From contig NC_047016.1 of NCBI RefSeq assembly GCF_902652985.1, forward strand, positions 18,538,001 to 18,602,000: DNA of 64,000 nucleotides, in the 5' to 3' direction. This stretch comes from Pecten maximus (lineage: Eukaryota). Shown here one piece after another: positions 59,560 to 64,000 of the stretch (position 1 is its first letter; each line of letters begins with the position of its first letter). The notes beneath the pieces were generated by a model, which saw nothing but the letters and a program-made list of their open reading frames with translations, was not told the DNA's origin and made no database searches. The position numbers and the translations under genes are program-made.

Positions 59560-62500
59560 TAATTTGGTAATATTACAATTAACTCTAGTGTGGTAATTAT
59601 ATTGTAGTACAGATTGTTATACATGTAACTCTAGTGTGGTAATTATATTGTAGTACAGATTGTTATACATGTAACTCTAGTGTGGTAATTATATTGTAGT
59701 ACAGATTGTTATACATGTAACTCTAGTGTGGTAATTATATTGTAGTACAGATTGTTATACATGTAACTCTAGTGTGGTAATTATATTGTAGTACAGATTG
59801 TTACACATGTAACTCTAGTGTGGTAATTATATTGTAGTACAGATTGTTATACATGTAACTCTAGTGTGGTAATTATATTGTAGTACAGATTGTTATACAT
59901 GTAACTCTAGTGTGGTAATTATATTGTAGTACAGATTGTTATACATGTAACTCTAGTGTGGTAATTATATTGTAGTACAGATTGTTATACATGTAACTCT
60001 AGTGTGGTAATTATATTGTAGTACAGATTGTTATACATGTAATGCTAGTGTGGTAATTATATTGTAGTACAGATTGTTATACATGTAACTCTAGTGTGGT
60101 AATTATATTGTAGTACAGATTGTTATACATGTAACTCTAGTGTGGTAATTATATTATAGTACAGATTGTTATACATGTAACTCTAGTGTGGTAATTATAT
60201 TGTAGTACAGATTGTTATACATGTAATGCTAGTGTGGTAATTATATTGTAGTACAGATTGTTATACATGTAACTCTAGTGTGGTAATTATATTGTAGTAC
60301 AGATTGTTACACATGTAACTCTAGTGTGGTAATTATATTGTAGTACAGATTGTTATACATGTAATGCTAGTGTGGTAATTATATTGTAGTACAGATTGTT
60401 ATACATGTAACTCTAGTGTGGTAATTATATTGTAGTACAGATTGTTATACATGTAACTCTAGTGTGGTAATTATATTGTAGTACAGATTGTTATACATGT
60501 AACTCTAGTGTGGTAATTATATTGTAGTACAGATTGTTATACATGTAATGCTAGTGTGGTAATTATATTGTAGTACAGATTGTTATACATGTAACTCTAG
60601 TGTGGTAATTATATTGTAGTACAGATTGTTATACATGTAATGCTAGTGTGGTAATTATATTGTAGTACAGATTGTTATACATGTAACTCTAGTGTGGTAA
60701 TTATATTGTAGTACAGATTGTTATACATGTAACTCTAGTGTGGTAATTATATTGTAGTACAGATTGTTACACATGTAACTCTAGTGTGGTAATTATATTG
60801 TAGTACAGATTGTTATACATGTAACTCTAGTGTGGTAATTATATTGTAGTACAGATTGTTATACATGTAACTCTAGTGTGGTAATTATATTGTAGTACAG
60901 ATTGTTATACATGTAATGCTAGTGTGGTAATTATATTGTAGTACAGATTGTTATACATGTAACTCTAGTGTGGTAATTATATTGTAGTACAGATTGTTAT
61001 ACATGTAACTCTAGTGTGGTAATTATATTGTAGTACAGATTGTTATACATGTAACTCTAGTGTGGTAATTATATTGTAGTACAGATTGTTATACATGTAA
61101 TGCTAGTGTGGTAATTATATTGTAGTACAGATTGTTATACATGTAATGCTAGTGTGGTAATTATATTGTAGTACAGATTGTTATACATGTAATGCTAGTG
61201 TGGTAATTATATTGTAGTACAGATTGTTATACATGTAACTCTAGTGTGGTAATTATATTGTAGTACAGATTGTTATACATGTAACTCTAGTGTGGTAATT
61301 ATATTGTAGTACAGATTGTTATACATGTAATGCTAGTGTGGTAATTATATTGTAGTACAGATTGTTATACATGTAATGCTAGTGTGGTAATTATATTGTA
61401 GTACAGATTGTTATACATGTAATGCTAGTGTGGTAATTATATTGTAGTACAGATTGTTATACATGTAACTCTAGTGTGGTAATTATATTGTAGTACAGAT
61501 TGTTACACATGTAATGCTAGTTTGGTAATTATATTGTAGTACAGATTGTTACACATGTAACTCTAGTGTGGTAATTATATTGTAGTACAGATTGTTATAC
61601 ATGTAACTCTAGTGTGGTAATTATATTGTAGTACAGATTGTTATACATGTAACTCTAGTGTGGTAATTATATTGTAGTACAGATTGTTACACATGTAACT
61701 CTAGTGTGGTAATTATATTGTAGTACAGATTGTTATACATGTAACTCTAGTGTGGTAATTATATTGTAGTACAGATTGTTATACATGTAATGCTAGTGTG
61801 GTAATTATATTGTAGTACAGATTGTTATACATGTAATGCTAGTTTGATAATTATATTGTAGTATTGATTGTTACACATGTAACTCTAGTGTGGTAATTAT
61901 ATTGTAGTACAGATTGTTATACATGTAATGCTAGTTTGGTAATTATATTGTAGTACAGATTGTTACACATGTAACTCTAGTGTGGTAATTATATTGTAGT
62001 ACAGATTGTTATACATGTAACTCTAGTGTGGTAATTATATTGTAGTACAGATTGTTATACATGTAATGCTAGTGTGGTAATTATATTGTAGTACAGATTG
62101 TTACACATGTAACTCTAGTGTGGTAATTATATTGTAGTACAGATTGTTATACATGTAATGCTAGTTTGATAATTATATTGTAGTATTGATTGTTACACAT
62201 GTAACTCTAGTGTGGTAATTATATTGTAGTACAGATTGTTATACATGTAACTCTAGTGTGGTAATTATATTGTAGTACAGATTGTTATACATGTAATGCT
62301 AGTGTGGTAATTATATTGTAGTACAGATTGTTACACATGTAACTCTAGTGTGGTAATTATATTGTAGTACAGATTGTTATACATGTAATGCTAGTGTGGT
62401 AATTATATTGTAGTACAGATTGTTATACATGTAACTCTAGTGTGGTAATTATATTGTAGTACAGATTGTTATACATGTAATGCTAGTTTGGTAATTATAT

Positions 62501-64000
62501 TGTAGTACAGCATGTTACACATGTAACTCTAGTGTGGTAATTATATTGTAGTACAGATTGTTATACATGTAACTCTAGTGTGGTAATTATATTGTAGTAC
62601 AGCATGTTACACATGTAATGCTAGTGTGGTAATTATATTGTAGTACAGATTGTTATACATGTAATGCTAGTGTGGTAATTATATTGTAGTACAGATTGTT
62701 ATACATGTAACTCTAGTGTGGTAATTATATTGTAGTACAGATTGTTATACATGTAACTCTAGTGTGGTAATTATATTGTAGTACAGATTGTTATACATGT
62801 AATGCTAGTTTGGTAATTATATTGTAGTACAGCATGTTACACATGTAACTCTAGTGTGGTAATTATATTGTAGTACAGATTGTTATACATGTAACTCTAG
62901 TGTGGTAATTATATTGTAGTACAGCATGTTACACATGTAATGCTAGTGTGGTAATTATATTGTAGTACAGATTGTTATACATGTAATGCTAGTGTGGTAA
63001 TTATATTGTAGTACAGATTGTTATACATGTAATGCTAGTGTGGTAATTATATTGTAGTATTGATTGTTATACATGTAACTCTAGTGTGGTAATTATATTG
63101 TAGTACAGATTGTTATACATGTAACTCTAGTGTGGTAATTATATTGTAGTACAGATTGTTATACATGTAACTCTAGTGTGGTAATTATATTGTAGTACAG
63201 ATTGTTACACATGTAATGCTAGTGTGGTAATTATATTGTAGTACAGATTGTTATACATGTAATGCTAGTGTGGTAATTATATTGTAGTACAGATTGTTAT
63301 ACATGTAACTCTAGTGTGGTAATTATATTGTAGTACAGATTGTTATACATGTAACTCTAGTGTGGTAATTATATTGTAGTACAGATTGTTATACATGTAA
63401 CTCTAGTGTGGTAATTATATTGTAGTACAGATTGTTATACATGTAACTCTAGTGTGGTAATTATATTGTAGTACAGATTGTTATACATGTAACTCTAGTG
63501 TGGTAATTATATTGTAGTACAGATTGTTATACATGTAATGCTAGTGTGGTAATTATATTGTAGTACAGATTGTTATACATGTAACTCTAGTGTGGTAATT
63601 ATATTGTAGTACAGATTGTTATACATGTAATGCTAGTGTGGTAATTATATTGTAGTACAGATTGTTACACATGTAACTCTAGTTTGGTAATTATATTGTA
63701 GTACAGATTGTTACACATGTAACTCTAGTGTGGTAATTATATTGTAGTACAGATTGTTACACATGTAACTCTAGTGTGGTAATTATATTGTAGTACAGCA
63801 TGTTACACATGTAACTCTAGTTTGGTAATTATATTGTAGTACAGATTGTTACACATGTAACTCTAGTGTGGTAATTATATTGTAGTACAGATTGTTATAC
63901 ATGTAACTCTAGTGTGGTAATTATATTGTAGTACAGATTGTTATACATGTAACTCTAGTGTGGTAATTATATTGTAGTACAGATTGTTATACATGTAACT
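59560..64000. repeat. 46-bp satellite (gtaactctagtgtggtaattatattgtagtacagattgttatacat), about 96 copies, running off the window end
   Basis: Highly homogeneous array with aactctag/aatgctag and tatacat/tacacat variants. Confidence 0.98.

Overview
AT-rich, intron-containing animal genomic DNA, inferred to be bivalve mollusc from V-type and Meta-type tRNA-SINEs and a divergent nAChR. It contains four gene units. (1) A head-to-tail array of three paralogous PhyH-family Fe(II)/2-oxoglutarate dioxygenase genes (ectoine/proline-hydroxylase-like, WHQDYGYW...LLH...RR) on + at 1.4-23.7 kb; copy 1 is cut by the window edge. (2) An unrecognised ~354-aa single-pass membrane protein gene on + (coding exons 28087-28435, 33861-34451, 50159-50283) ending in a PDZ-binding motif, with RFX-like boxes upstream. 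(3) A convergent 6-exon Cys-loop (nAChR-like, non-alpha) subunit gene on - (59136-53454). (4) Many repeats: a young 5'-truncated L1/Tx1 LINE nested in a Tc1/mariner deletion derivative, SINEs, CR1 fossils, foldback/MITE elements and about ten minisatellite/satellite arrays. Five single-base frameshifts occur in otherwise intact ORFs, all at short base runs, which suggests assembly indel errors. There is no CRISPR array or other prokaryotic system. The best novelty candidates are the dioxygenase cluster with exon-restricted gene conversion, the orphan membrane protein, and the nAChR with a degenerate ligand site. All exon structures were deduced by eye from splice signals and paralog comparison.
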